From Squalus acanthias (taxonomy: Eukaryota): 64,000 nt of DNA. The notes under the pieces are model-generated. The model saw nothing but the letters and a program-made list of their open reading frames with translations. It was not told the origin of the DNA and ran no database searches. The stretch covers positions 21,206,001 to 21,270,000 of the forward strand of contig CM059432.1 in NCBI GenBank assembly GCA_030390025.1, written 5' to 3'. The translations under genes were made by a program, and so were the position numbers. This document shows, one piece after another, positions 39,085-50,683 of the stretch. How positions within the stretch are numbered: the first letter of the stretch is position 1; every line of letters starts with the position of its first letter.

Positions 39085-39577
39085 TCGACACAGCAGGTCT
39101 TTATGGTCACCGATACAATGATTTTTGAGATTGCTCTGCCTTTAAAGTGCTGGCGCCATCAGGTATTTCTCATTGCCAAATGGGTGGGGTGCCAATAAGA
39201 GGTGTTACCAACACCTGGGGCTGGCCTGCATTACGCAAATCACATCTGATTCACCTGAATTATGAAAATCACGTCCTCGCAGAAAATGTGGGCCAAGAAT
39301 TTTATGATCCTGTGATTTTATTGGACCGTATGAAGCTTGAACGGCGCTGAAGTGCTCGCTCTGATAAATTAATCCATAAATTAAAAAAAATAAAATCATA
39401 AAAATATAAGTCCCTTGTCTTGTAAGCGGCGCGCGGAGGTTCCACTCCTTTACAAGGTTAGTCGGAGGAAAACGGAATCAGCAGAGACCCGGCACGAACA
39501 GGTTCTTGCTGTCTTCCAACAGAATCCTGGCGGAGCTCCTGTGGATGAGTATCTTAATGAACATTCAGGTAAGCTTA

Positions 39578-39716
39578 ATACAAAAATACTGCGGGCGCTG
39601 GAAATCTGAAATAAAAACAGAAAATGCTGGAAATACTCAGCAGGTCAGGCAGCATCTGTGGAGAGAGAACAGAGTTAACGTTTCAGGATGATGACCCTTC
39701 GTCAGAACTGGAAAGG
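39578..39716 (-). mobile_element. Penelope-like pLTR fragment
   Basis: Reverse complement is homologous to 7900-8030. Confidence 0.85.
39673..39710 (-). ncRNA. Minimal type I hammerhead ribozyme motif
   Basis: Minus strand: cagtt-CTGACGA-agggt-catc-atcct-GAAAC-GTT-aact. Confidence 0.75.
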
Positions 39717-40047
39717 AGATCGCAGGCCATGAGTAGATTGGGAGGGGTCTGATCACGCGCGCGCACGTGAGGGGAGGGGGGTGGGTGTGGTCCGATAGCT
39801 GAGGGGGGGGGGTTGTTCAGCGGATTATGGGGAGGGAAGCAGGTTAGCTTGGGGGTATTCTGGAACGATAAAATCAAATTTCTCCATCCAAGCATATTTT
39901 GTGATCTAACCTTGAACATCCAGATGTAGAATTTTCACGAAGTTACATCACTGTTGCACTACTTTTGCCCACTGGAGGCCTGTAGAGAGAGTTAGTTGCA
40001 GGTTTCCTGAGTCTTCTCATTTGTATTCCAGCTAGCATACTCAATGG

Positions 40048-40476
40048 GTAACACGGTGGCATAGTGGTTAGCACTGGTGCCTCACAGCGCCAGGGACCCG
40101 GGTTCGAATCTGACCTCGGGTGACTGTCTGTGTGGAGTTTGCACATTCTCCCCGTGTCTGCGTGGGTTTCCTCCGGGTGCTCCGGTTTCCTCCCACAGTC
40201 CAAAAATGTGTGGGTTAGGTTGATTTGGCTATGATAAATTGACCCTTAGTGTTAGGGGGGGATTAAATATGTGGGGTTATGAGGATAGGATGGGATATGT
40301 TAGGGGGAATTAAATACATGGGGTTACGGGGGTAGGGTGGGATATGTGTACTGTGGGGATTAAAGCAGGGACAGGGTACTGGATTTGAATGATCAGCCAT
40401 GATCGTATTGAATGGTGGAGCAGGCTCGACGGGCCGAATGGCCTACTCCTGCTCCTAGATTCTATGTTTCTATGTT
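40048..40476 (+). mobile_element. HE1-like V-SINE (tRNA head, V domain, CR1-derived tail)
   Basis: A box tggcatagtgg and B box ggttcgaatc; V domain gtggagtttgcacattctccccgtgtctgcgtgggtttcctccgggtgctccggtttcctcccacagtccaaa; CR1 tail; flanking direct repeat TCAATGG (40041-40047, 40477-40483). Confidence 0.92.
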
Positions 40477-41339
40477 TCAATGGAGTTTAACCTGTGCGAA
40501 ATGTGTGTAAGCAGCTGAACTACCTGGAAACTTCTGTACAGCCTTTTAAAAAGACAGTTGAGCCCACAGTTGTTAGCAGCAGACTGAGGCACAAACAGGT
40601 AAGAGAGGAAGCGTGCTTGGGTATTTCATTACTTCACTGCATGTCTTAGCAATAAGTTTATTAAACTCAAGGACCATCTGGCCCCAGAGGTCAGCAGGAC
40701 ATTGCACCATGTCAGAGAAGTAGAAAGCACACCTTCACTCACTCAGACCATGACTGCAGACCAGTGCCTCAAAAAGTTCCACACCCTCAGGTGGCTTTCT
40801 TTCCTTGCCGACTGTGGCACCAGTACACTCTTCACCCTCTTAAAGAAACACTTTACACACTAACCCTTCATATTGCCCTCTGCTTAAAGGCAGGGCTCTA
40901 ACTCGGCATCTTGCGCTATGGCCAGCTCCCCTCACATCATTACTTATATGCACAACCCGTAACCCATAACCCCACCCTCTACTTTAACAGCCTCATGCCA
41001 GCACATCTCTTACTTAAGATCTCCCACTTGGCACACACTTCTCAACTGTTAGCCTTCATTCTGCCATCTTGCAGGTCAAATTGGCATGCTTTGCCTATCA
41101 GAGGCAGGCCACTGGAGGAGCGTCCCCACCTTTAAACCCCGCCCCCCCCCCCCCCCCCCCCACCTCCCCCACCCACTTTGCGGAGAAAGCCATGACGCTC
41201 AGGTGGAAGTACTCAGCTCTTGCAATGATAGATGACAAGGTCAGTGGCATCTTGCTGGTGCCAGTTTACTGAGAACTATGCTGTTCTGGCATTACTGTGA
41301 ATCCCCACACTGACACAATCTTCCACCTCTTTCTCTGTC

Positions 41340-42170
41340 TCCTCAATCCCAAAGGGAATGATGCTCACCCATTCTTGTCTTCCACTCTCCGTTCGAGCTT
41401 CCTACTGTCTCTTAGCTCATTTGTTGACCATGGTTGCTTAATTACACAACTGGAGCCTTTGCCCTTGAGGGGTATGTACTATTTTGTATCATACCAAAAA
41501 TATCTTTAAATACTTCCCACTGTTCGTCTGTAAGTTCACCTATCAACAACTCAGTCCAGTTTACTGTGGCCAATTTATCTTCCCTGTGAAGTTTGTCTTC
41601 CTTAAATTTAAAACCTTGGTTTGTGACTCTTCCTTCTCCCTGTCAAACCTAATATCAAATTCAATCATATTACGGTCACTATTTGCAACATACTCCCTTA
41701 CCATCAGATTGTTCACCAATCATTACTAAATCCAGTATGGTCTGGCCCCTTGTCTGTTCCAAAACTTATTGGGGCTAATTTTGACATTGGGCGATAGTGT
41801 AAAATAGAAATAAAAATAAGGAGTGATGTATAACGAGTGGCTGATCCAATATCGCTTGTTTTACACTGTCCTGAATATATTCTAGAAATTCATTGCATTT
41901 ACTATGTGAGCTGTTCTCCTTCTCCCAGTCTAAGTGGAAATTAAAATCTCCCATTAGAATTATATACTGTTTTTTTTTTTCCTACGTCCTTCCCTGATCT
42001 CTGCATGTAAACATCCTTCCACTAAATTTCTCTCTTTCTTTCTAAGTAACTACTATCAGGAGGTCTGTTGACAACTCTCACCAGTCTTGTATCCTTTGCT
42101 GTTCCTTGACTCTACCCACAGTGTGTCCACTGCCCTATCACCCTTACTGAAATCCTTTCTATTATTGAAT
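41340..42170 (-). mobile_element. Old CR1 endonuclease-region fragment
   Basis: Minus-strand SDRNMIEF and RGQTILDL-like motifs; highly degenerate. Confidence 0.55.
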
Positions 42171-43179
42171 GATATATTTTTTCATCAGAAAGGACTACAA
42201 AAAACGTCCTGGTTAAGGTGACTTAGAAGTATGTGATCCTGTACACTGAAAAAAGTATTGGCTGTATTAGAGTAAGGACACAAAATCCATCTCCGATTGG
42301 TGCCATGCTGACATGGTGCAGAACAAATGGCCATGTTGAGTGTATGTAAGGGTAACTGTTGACTGCAAGCAGAGTTGGTAATACACAAAAAGGGAGCTTT
42401 CTTCATCTTATCATTTCAAATCACCCTTCCGATTCACTTGGCTGAATGTAAAGTGAAGTTAGATTCAGTTCAATGTCAGCCTGCCTAAGGAGCTGTCCAA
42501 TTTTCATTTGGATTTGACCCAAATTCCGCTGATCTATATTAAAGCAGAACTATGTATGATAGATCTCAATTTATTTGGATTATATCCAATTATCTGAGTC
42601 TATGACAGGAGACTAGAGATCTCTGACTGACAGCTGCCACTTACCCATAGTTGCTGCTCACTGATGTATCTTCTGATTGCCCTTTCATCACCTCCATATA
42701 AAATAATGATTGTATTAACCCATGGGTGATTGCAGCAGGAGCATTACTATACTGCAACGTACAAAATAGTCATTTCTATTGAAAATAAGTGAAATTGATT
42801 CTGGACGGGAAACGCTTACTTAAAGAAGAAGATTATTCATCTGATTTGTCACTTAATCAAAAATGATATAAAACCTTGCCAGTGTCTCGGTTTTTCTTTG
42901 TTGTGTTTTGTGGTTTAAATCTACTGAGCAAAGGCCCCCTTTGATGCAGACATTTTGAACTGAATTCCCCTTGCAGTTTCCAGATTATCATCAGGAGGCC
43001 ATAATTGCTCCTGTCACTATGTGTCGAGGCATTGTAAGCACGTCATGAATATTGCACAATGCATTTTTAATTTTGCTACAAGTACAATTCCTCATGAGCG
43101 CATTGGTACTGTGACTACAGAAAGGGACCTGACTAACTTTCATCCTCAACATGGCTTCCGCTCAAAGTTACCCCAATGT

Positions 43180-43445
43180 TTTTTTAATTCATTCTTGGGA
43201 GGTGGGCGGTTACTGGCATTTATTGCCCATCCCTAGTTGCCCATGAGAAGGTGGTGATACAACTGAGTGGCTTGTTGGTGTAGGACTGGAGTCACCTAGG
43301 AGTCAGACCAGGTAAAGATGGCAGGTTTACTTCCCTACAGAACATTAGTGAACCAGTTGGATTTTTACGACAATCTGACACCTTCATGGTCACTTTTACT
43401 CATACCAGCGTTTTTATTTCCAGATATTTTTAAAACTGAATTCAA
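43180..43445 (-). mobile_element. Degenerate SINE, same family as 61265-61760
   Basis: gcatttattgcccatccctag, acattagtgaaccag and tcatggtcac are reverse complements of motifs in the 61.3-kb SINE. Confidence 0.7.
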
Positions 43446-43582
43446 TATGGCATCCACTCTAGTTTATTTTCAAATTACTCTATCTGTGCTGCAGTTGATG
43501 GCTTATCATCTCACTCTTTTGCCAGACATTCAGAGGCTCCTCAAAGATCTAGCCTCTGTTCCACATTGTTCCTTCTCCATAT

Positions 43583-43705
43583 CATAAGAACATAAATGAA
43601 CATAAGAAATAGGAGCAGGAGTAGGCCATTTGGCCCTTCGAACCTGCTCTGCCATTCAATAAGATCATGGCTGATCTTCGACCTCAACTCCACCTTCCCA
43701 CACTA
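43583..43705 (-). mobile_element. CR1 3' tail
   Basis: cataagaaataggagcaggagtaggccatttggcccttcg...aagatcatggctgatc. Confidence 0.85.
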
Positions 43706-43965
43706 TCCCCTTCCCTCTACCAATCACTGCCCCCTACCTCGACCAATCACTGCCCCCCACCTCTATCAGTCACTGCCCCTCCCTCTACCGATCATTGCCC
43801 CCTTCCCTCTACCAATCACTGTCCCTTCCCTCTACCAATCACTGTCCCTTCCCTCTACCAATCACTGTCCCTTCCCTCTACCAATCGCTGCCCTTCCCTC
43901 TATCAATCACTGCCCTCTCCCTCTCCCAAACACTGCCCCCTACCTCTGCCAATCACTGTCCCCTC
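43706..43965. repeat. Minisatellite, ~22-23-bp unit cccttccctctaccaatcactgt (~11 copies)
   Basis: Directly visible tandem repeats, abutting a CR1 tail. Confidence 0.9.
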
Positions 43966-45059
43966 CTGATCGCTTCATCCCACAGCTGCTGACGGGGTTT
44001 TCACACGCAGCAAGTGTGAACGATGATCTAATTGAAGTTTTCAAGATCTAAATCAACCCTTCGGTGAATGTCTGGTGATTGAGGGATGTGAACCTAGAAA
44101 ATACGATTGACATTCCAAAGAGCACTTGCACTATTTGTGGGTTACAGGGAAGTAAAATTCAAAGTGTGGGATATTGCATATTCCTGTCTATTTATTTCAC
44201 ACTAACAAGTTGCTGATTTGTTTCTGCTACAGTGCTGAGGACATGCATCAGGTTAGTTAAGCTCGTTACTAAATCATAGAATTTACGGAAGGAGGCCATT
44301 TGGTCCATCATGTCTGTGCTGGTGAAATGGAGCACCGTATACCAAGGGTTACACATGCCCTCATATGAAACAGACATTGCTGCAGAGTCTGCAGACTATT
44401 TGTCTGTACTGATAGTCAAACTGAAACTTGCACTATTTTGTTCAATATGGAACTTGACTTCCGTGCTCCTCTTGCACTACAGTTGGTAAAGGAGGACCAG
44501 CAAGAGAATGTTAGGAGTACTCATTTTGTCAGGTGGCATACAAGATGCACCATCGGGTCTCACCAATATATGACACATCGGTTTAGAATTTGGTTCATGT
44601 TGGGCTGCCTGAGTAGGCCCAAGGCTCGACCAATATTGGGCTTTGGGCTTCATTTACATGAGACTGGCGCGCTGCAGACGCCTGCAGTGGATTTCAATTT
44701 TGGTCCGCTGCATCGAGCGAGGGGGCTAAGCGAGGGCTAGCAATGGTCTATGGCTCCAAGTTCAGGTGAGTATTTTTAAGAGAACGTCCCTTTTTGGTAG
44801 CGGCCTGCAGTAACGACTGCTGGTTAGATGACAAGTAGACCACCGTTTCCTCAAGCATTGCCCCCTATTTTCATATGTAAAGGGCCTAATACCTGCTTCA
44901 GGTGCAGGCACTGGATGCCTCCTTTTCTGCCTTAGCAACATGGCGGGCAGCGCACTTCCAGCACAAAATGAGCGCATGCACATTGCCAGCTATATTGGAT
45001 GCACAGGCTTCCGTTTCATACCTGAAAAACCGGCGCGACGCCATCGGGTTTCTAGGCTA

Positions 45060-45570
45060 TTATGTCTACCATCCCAGGCACAGCTATCCAGGAATGACAG
45101 GGCAGCAGTGTCTCAGAAGGCTGATGATGCGGAGATGCCGGTGTTGGACTGGGGTGGACAAAATTGAGAAGTCGCACAACACCAGGTTATAGTCCAACAG
45201 TTTTATTTGAAATCACAAGCTTTCGGAGTTATTGCTCCTTCACCCGACGAAGGAGCAATAACTCCGAAAGCTTGTGATTTCAAATAAAACTGTTGGACTA
45301 TAACCTGGTGTTGTGCGACTTCTCAGAAGGCTGAGGCTAAGGACGGAATCAATGATAGAGGTGTGCCATCTCCTTCATGAAGAACTTGCGACATCAATAC
45401 AGCATGAATACAGCATTGCACGTGGATGTCAAAGTCACCTCAGGCCTTCATTTTATGTGTCTGGCTCCTTCGATGCTCGCATTGGTAACAGCTGTAGTCA
45501 GCTATTTTGCTGTCCACAGATGTATCAAGCAGGCCACAGATGCATTAGTCAGAGGGGTCACCAATTACCA
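45060..45570 (+). pseudogene. Harbinger transposase N-terminal remnant, interrupted by a PLE insertion
   Basis: YVYHPRHSYPGMTGQQCLRRL|RLRTESMIEVCHLLHEEL...KVTSGL/FYVSGSF, homologous to 48600-48820. Confidence 0.7.
45125..45320. mobile_element. Very short Penelope-like insertion: inverted plus direct pLTR forming a hairpin, 14-bp TSD
   Basis: Perfect 77-bp inverted repeat 45165-45241/45249-45325; TSD tctcagaaggctga at 45111-45124 and 45321-45334; hammerhead-like motif at 45240-45277. Confidence 0.85.
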
Positions 45571-45859
45571 TTATCACCATGATAAGTCAACACAATGCCA
45601 ACTTTCTAATAATCTAGGGAGACCATTCATTGCACCCATTATTACCATTGGAAGCTTTGGCCTATAGCACAGGACCCCTCCATGAGGTGCTACATTCCTT
45701 CCTGCTGGGACTCCTCAGTGGCCCATTTCCTCCACTTTGCAGCAAATTGCTGCCTGCAGAAGAGTGAGAAAGGAAGTGTGAACATATGAACATACAAACA
45801 TATGAAAATAACAGGCAGGAAAAGACTATCTGGTCCATCAAGCCTGCTGCACACAGTTG

Positions 45860-46478
45860 TATTGCAAAGGGAATGGAATATAAAAGTAGGGAAGTCCTGT
45901 TACAACTGTACAGGATGTTGGTGAGACCACACCTGGAGTACTGTGTACAGTTTTGGATATACTTGCATTGGAGGCAGTTCAGAGAAGGTTCACGAGGTTG
46001 ATTCCGGAGATGAAGGGGTTGTCTTATGAAGAAAGGTTGAGCAGGTTGGGCCTATACTCATTGGAGTTTAGAAGAATGAGAGGGGATCTTATTGAAACAT
46101 ATAAGATTCTGAAAGGGCTTGACAGGGTAGATGCAGAGAGGATGTTTCCCCTAGTGGGGAAATCTAGAACTAGGGGGCATAATTTCCGAATAAGGGGGCA
46201 CCCTTATAAATCAGAAATGAGGAGGAATTTCTTCTCTCAGAGGGTCGTGAATCTTTGGAATTCTCTTCCCCAGAGAGCTGTGGAGGCTGGGTCATTGAAT
46301 ATATTTAAGGTGGAGATAGACAGATTTTTGAACGATAAGGGAGTCAAGGGTTATGGGGAGCGAGCAGGGAAGTGGAGTTGAGGCCAAGATCAGATCAGCC
46401 ATGATCTTATTGAATGGCGGAGCAGGCTCGAGGGTCCGGAGGACCTACTCCTGCTCCTACGTCTTAAGTTCTTATGTG
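45860..46478 (+). mobile_element. CR1 3' fragment, apparently inserted in an inverted CR1 tail (45780-45858, 46479-46625)
   Basis: [30 protein letters not shown]...KGYGERAGKWS plus tail; the two flanks read as one minus-strand tail. Confidence 0.88.
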
Positions 46479-46706
46479 ATGCCTGAAACATCATGATTAG
46501 AAACCTGCTACACAAAAGCAACCGTGTGATCTCCTGGGAGAGGCAAATTAGGGAAATAAAATCTGGAAAATTCCTCTCCGACCCCAATAGCTGATCACAA
46601 CTAGTCCACGAGACCTCATTGACCATGCTTATATTATCGGTTGGATTTAAGTGTACTGGGATAGATTGTTGAGATTGGAAGACAAAATGTGAAAAAAAAA
46701 CATTTA

Positions 46707-49428
46707 GGGGGCGAAATTCCCCATGATGGCCATTTGGGGCGCTAACTGGAAAAAGTTTGAAAAGTTAGCGCCCGGCGCTAATGATTCTGAGCCTCACCTA
46801 AATTCCCTGACATCACCCCAGGAAGGGAGAGGGGCGCTAAATCAAGCGCTAATGTCCTCAGTGGGGCGCTACAGGGGCGCTAACACCAGACAGCTGGTGA
46901 ATTTCAGGTGAGTTCCAAACAGATTTGATCGCTCGCGCTGCTTCTTTCCAGCTCTTAAAGGGGAGGTTCGATCATTCACCGGATGCTCATTTGCAGCTTT
47001 GCTTGCTTCGAGGAGAACAGACACACACTGCGGACCCTTTTCATTGCTCTGAGAAGAACTGCCTAATAACCAACACCATCTATGGCTCAAGCCACAGAGA
47101 GAGAGCTACTCGCTTTACCAGCGTTGCGATGGAGCCATTGGTTGCTGGCATCGAATCTCAGACTGCTCTCATGCAGTCTCAGCTGGATGCCACGCCAGCT
47201 CCGACTGCTGCCATCGTAGCTGGGTCCACCACAGCGCACTGGGGAGCTCACGGTGTCGCAGCAGCCCACCAACCTGTGCTCCAGCGGATTGGTGGGGATC
47301 CTGAGCTGCTGCCCCGGGAGAATGCCAGTGGGTCAGTGGAGCAGGAAGCTGCTGTCCCCTCTCAGGATGTCAGCATTCCTGATCCCACCACTGTCACTCC
47401 GCCATTGCACTTGGTGATGCCGGTTATCCAGCCAGCCCCGACTGCCGCTGCCCAGCCTGAGTTGGTGCAGCGTACAGCCGGGCCTTCCATGCACACAGCT
47501 GGTGTCGGACATCCAGCACGGCCATCAGTAGTATCTGCCACCGACACTCAGCAGCCGTTCTGCAGCCACTGGGAAGACACAACGTAAGAGCACTAGACTA
47601 ATTAAAGGGACTGTAAAGAGGGGAGGTAAGGGTTTGCACAAGGGTGAGTAGTCAATGGTGATGATGTATATATGTGTAGATTGGTTTATGATAAATTTAT
47701 TATTGTATTGTTGCACGTTTGGTGCAGTTTCTCATTTCAGTTTTGGGGTCAGCAATGGCTCAGCAACTGGCAAGATGACGAAATCACTGGAAGCGATCTC
47801 TAATAAGTCGGTCATGGACCTCCCTTCCAGATGGAGGATGGAGTGCGTGCCTCCTCCGTCCATGCTGCTGCTCTTCCTGGTCCTCCTGCTCCTCTTCTTC
47901 ATCCTCATCCTCATCCTCATCCTCATCCTACTCCTCTCCTTCCTCCTCTCCCTCTTCCTCCTCCTGAGGTGGTGCGGCTATGCCTGGTGGCAAGGCCTGC
48001 GCCCTCATGATCGCAGGTTGTGCAGCCTGCAGCAGACGACCACGAACAGTGACACCCACTGAGCCGAGTACTGGAGGGCTCCTCCCGAGTGGTCAAGGCA
48101 CCGGAACCGTTGCTTCAGCACTCCGATCGTCAGCTCAATGATGTTCCTGGTGGCAGCATGGCTCTCATTATATGAGTGCTGGGCAGGAGTGTTGGGGTTG
48201 GGGAGGGGAGTCATGAGCCAGGTGGAGAGCACATAGCCCTTGTCTCCCAGCAGCCAGCTGGTAGCATTATGTGGTGGCCTCAACAGATCTGGCACACCGG
48301 TCTGGCGCAGGATGAAGGCATCATGGCTGCTGCCAGGATAGCGGGCATTGACAGTCAGAATTCACCATGTGTGGTTGCATACCAGCTGGACATTAAGTGA
48401 GTGGTAGACTTTGTGGTTACGGAAGATCTCAGGCTTGTTTTGAGGTGCCTGCCAAGCGACGTGGATCCAGTCAATGGCACCCTGCACCATGGCAAAGCCA
48501 CATGCACGCTCCAGCTGTTTCTCTCTGCTCATGGGGCATCTGTTACCTGGCGGATGGAGCAATGGACGGCAAACTGTGAGATGTTGGAGATGTCACCTGT
48601 GGAAGACTGGAATGATCCGCTGGCGTAGAAGTTTAGCACGATGGTGACCTTGACTGCCACTGAGAAAGCCGTGCTGACACTGCTGTGAGGCTGGAGGTAT
48701 GGCTGCAGGAGATTGCAGATCTCTGTGACCCCGTCCTTACTGAAACGCAGCCCCTAAGACACTGCTCCTCACTGAAGTTCAAGTATGAGAACTGCTGCCA
48801 GTACACTCTGGGTGGGTAAGGCCTCCTGATGACAGCCCTGTTGGCCCTCCGACCTCTGGCCATATTTTGTACTCTTTCTCTGTGCCTCAGATGCCTCTTA
48901 CAGTGATGCCGGAGGGTGAGGTCCAGAGCCAGTACAGCCCCCATCAAACGATTGAAATATATAAATCTCAAATCACACCCTAATGCAAATGAAGATTCCT
49001 TATTCAGCAGCAAATTCTGAAATCCCCAAAACGCTTCAAATACTCAAAAGGGCTCTTTGCTTTTGAGCAGCAAAAGGTTCGATGTCCTGGCCGACACAAA
49101 CAACAACCGGAAGTGGACGCCTTTAAATAGCGCTCCTCCACAGGCCTCCCGACTGGAAAACGCCTGCCGAACCTGTAGCAAAAAAACAGAGGCGCACAGG
49201 CAGGCGAAAAAGGGGAATTTTGCATCGGGAGTGCTAACGGGGTGATGCACCCGGAAATGACGTCATGATCTCCGGGCGCAGAAGATCGGGGCGAAAGCCG
49301 GTAGCGCCGCCGCTAACCTCCCGCCGAATTCCGCGGAAGGCGGGGTTATCACCTCCAGGCGGTGCAAAGCCATTCGCGCCCCGTTAGCGCCTCCGACCGG
49401 AGGCGCAAGCGAGGGGAATTTTGCCCCG
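46707..49428 (-). mobile_element. PIF/Harbinger DNA transposon, 2722 bp, decayed
   Basis: TIRs gggggcgaaattcccc / ggggaattttgccccg (14/16 match); TSD TTA on both sides; transposase on minus, partial second ORF on plus (46925-47587). Confidence 0.95.
47790..48945 (-). pseudogene. Harbinger DDE transposase (HARBI1-like), frameshifted
   Basis: RRPYPPRVY, LNFYASGSFQ, GAIDWIHV, SLNVQLVC, WLLGDKGY, RNIIELTIGVLKQRFRCL and VVCCRLHNL, spread across several frames. Confidence 0.92.
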
Positions 49429-49840
49429 TTAATTTCCCCAAAATTGATATCCCTGATCTTGATAGGTACATGTATTCATCAAAACAAAACCTTTGCTGCA
49501 AAAAGATATGCCAATTTCCCATAAGTCGCTGAATTCAGTCAAATCTGCAATGTGTGCCACGTTGATGGATTACGTGTTAACATTGCTGCGCACCTGGGAG
49601 AAATGATGTTTATGTTTTACTTCAATTTGCTTTTTTTTTTAACCCTACAGGCCGATTGTAAACAGCTTTGTTTCTGTTTAGAATTTTTTCTCTCTCTCTT
49701 TTCGTACATGCCAGGCTAAATATTTCATTTTCGGGCCTCTGCTCCGGAGACACCGCCACCTGATGTTATCACTCAAGTACGACGAGGGAATCTTTGTTGC
49801 AACACCAGATTCTCCATCGCCATGGCGATCAAACCTCTCT

Positions 49841-49875
49841 TCAGCGCCTGAACTGCCAGTAATAATCGACATCAC
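49841..49875 (-). CDS. Putative terminal coding exon of an unidentified host gene: (G)DVDYYWQFRR*
   Basis: Strong minus-strand acceptor (T-rich tract ending ctttccag|GT); non-repeat context; phase-compatible with exon 61848-61897. Confidence 0.6.
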
Positions 49876-50683
49876 CTGGAAAGAAAAAAAAAATGGCACT
49901 AACAAGCCACTTAGTGAAAGCTTCTTCACTTTAAAATGTTTTGCTCTCAGCCTGTAATTTTCGTAGGGACGTGGGGATTTCCACTTACCGACTGCCCGAA
50001 GCACTCATGCTTCCTCCCCTTTTGCTGAGATGAAAAGCAGACCAACTCTGCAGCTTGCAAGTAATGACTCAGTTTATTCTTCTGCCGCCTGTGTTTTCTT
50101 CCTCATCTTCAGTTTTCCACAGTCGCAACACGTAGAGGACACTGTTACTGACGTCACAAAATATCTAAAAAAATATTTAGGTTATTTTTTAAAATTCTGA
50201 TTCAGAACATGCACACACTCGCATTTATATATATAGATAGAGAAAATTAATGAATCTCCCATGGTGTTGTTCATGGTTACGCTTGAGTTTGGAGCATGAT
50301 TGTGACGCTCCTGACTTATCTACTGACTTGGCCATTGAATTTTTATGGCCGTTGTTGAATATGATAGCTGTAATATCTTGAATTATCCTCTTTAGAGCCA
50401 GAGGATTGTTTTAATTGCCTGTATATTTCAGGATCTAAGTCAATGAGTTTCTTTTTCTCATTTTTGAAAGATTTTTTTTTCATCTGTACCAAAATGTGAA
50501 GTCTGGTGTGTGATTCCTAGGCTGTGACATCTAGACGATGAGGTCAATGCACTCGACAGAAGATTGACATTGCACGTGGGAAAGTCAAGACAAAGTGCAC
50601 TCTTCAGGTGAGGTGGGGTTAGATGGCAGGGATAATTGGACCAGGGTGCGCAGATGTAATTCAATGCCCAGTTTAATGTCATA

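Noticed and set aside
40048..40125. tRNA gene
   Set aside because: The A/B boxes belong to the head of a V-SINE and run directly into the V domain and CR1 tail.
47790..48945. Domesticated HARBI1 host gene
   Set aside because: It is frameshifted and enclosed by TIRs and a TSD, so it is a decayed transposon.
49678..50004. 108-aa minus-strand ORF as a gene
   Set aside because: It runs through a polypyrimidine tract and splice acceptor; the alternative frame ending YYWQFRR* fits the upstream exon phase and looks more protein-like, although this choice is unproven.
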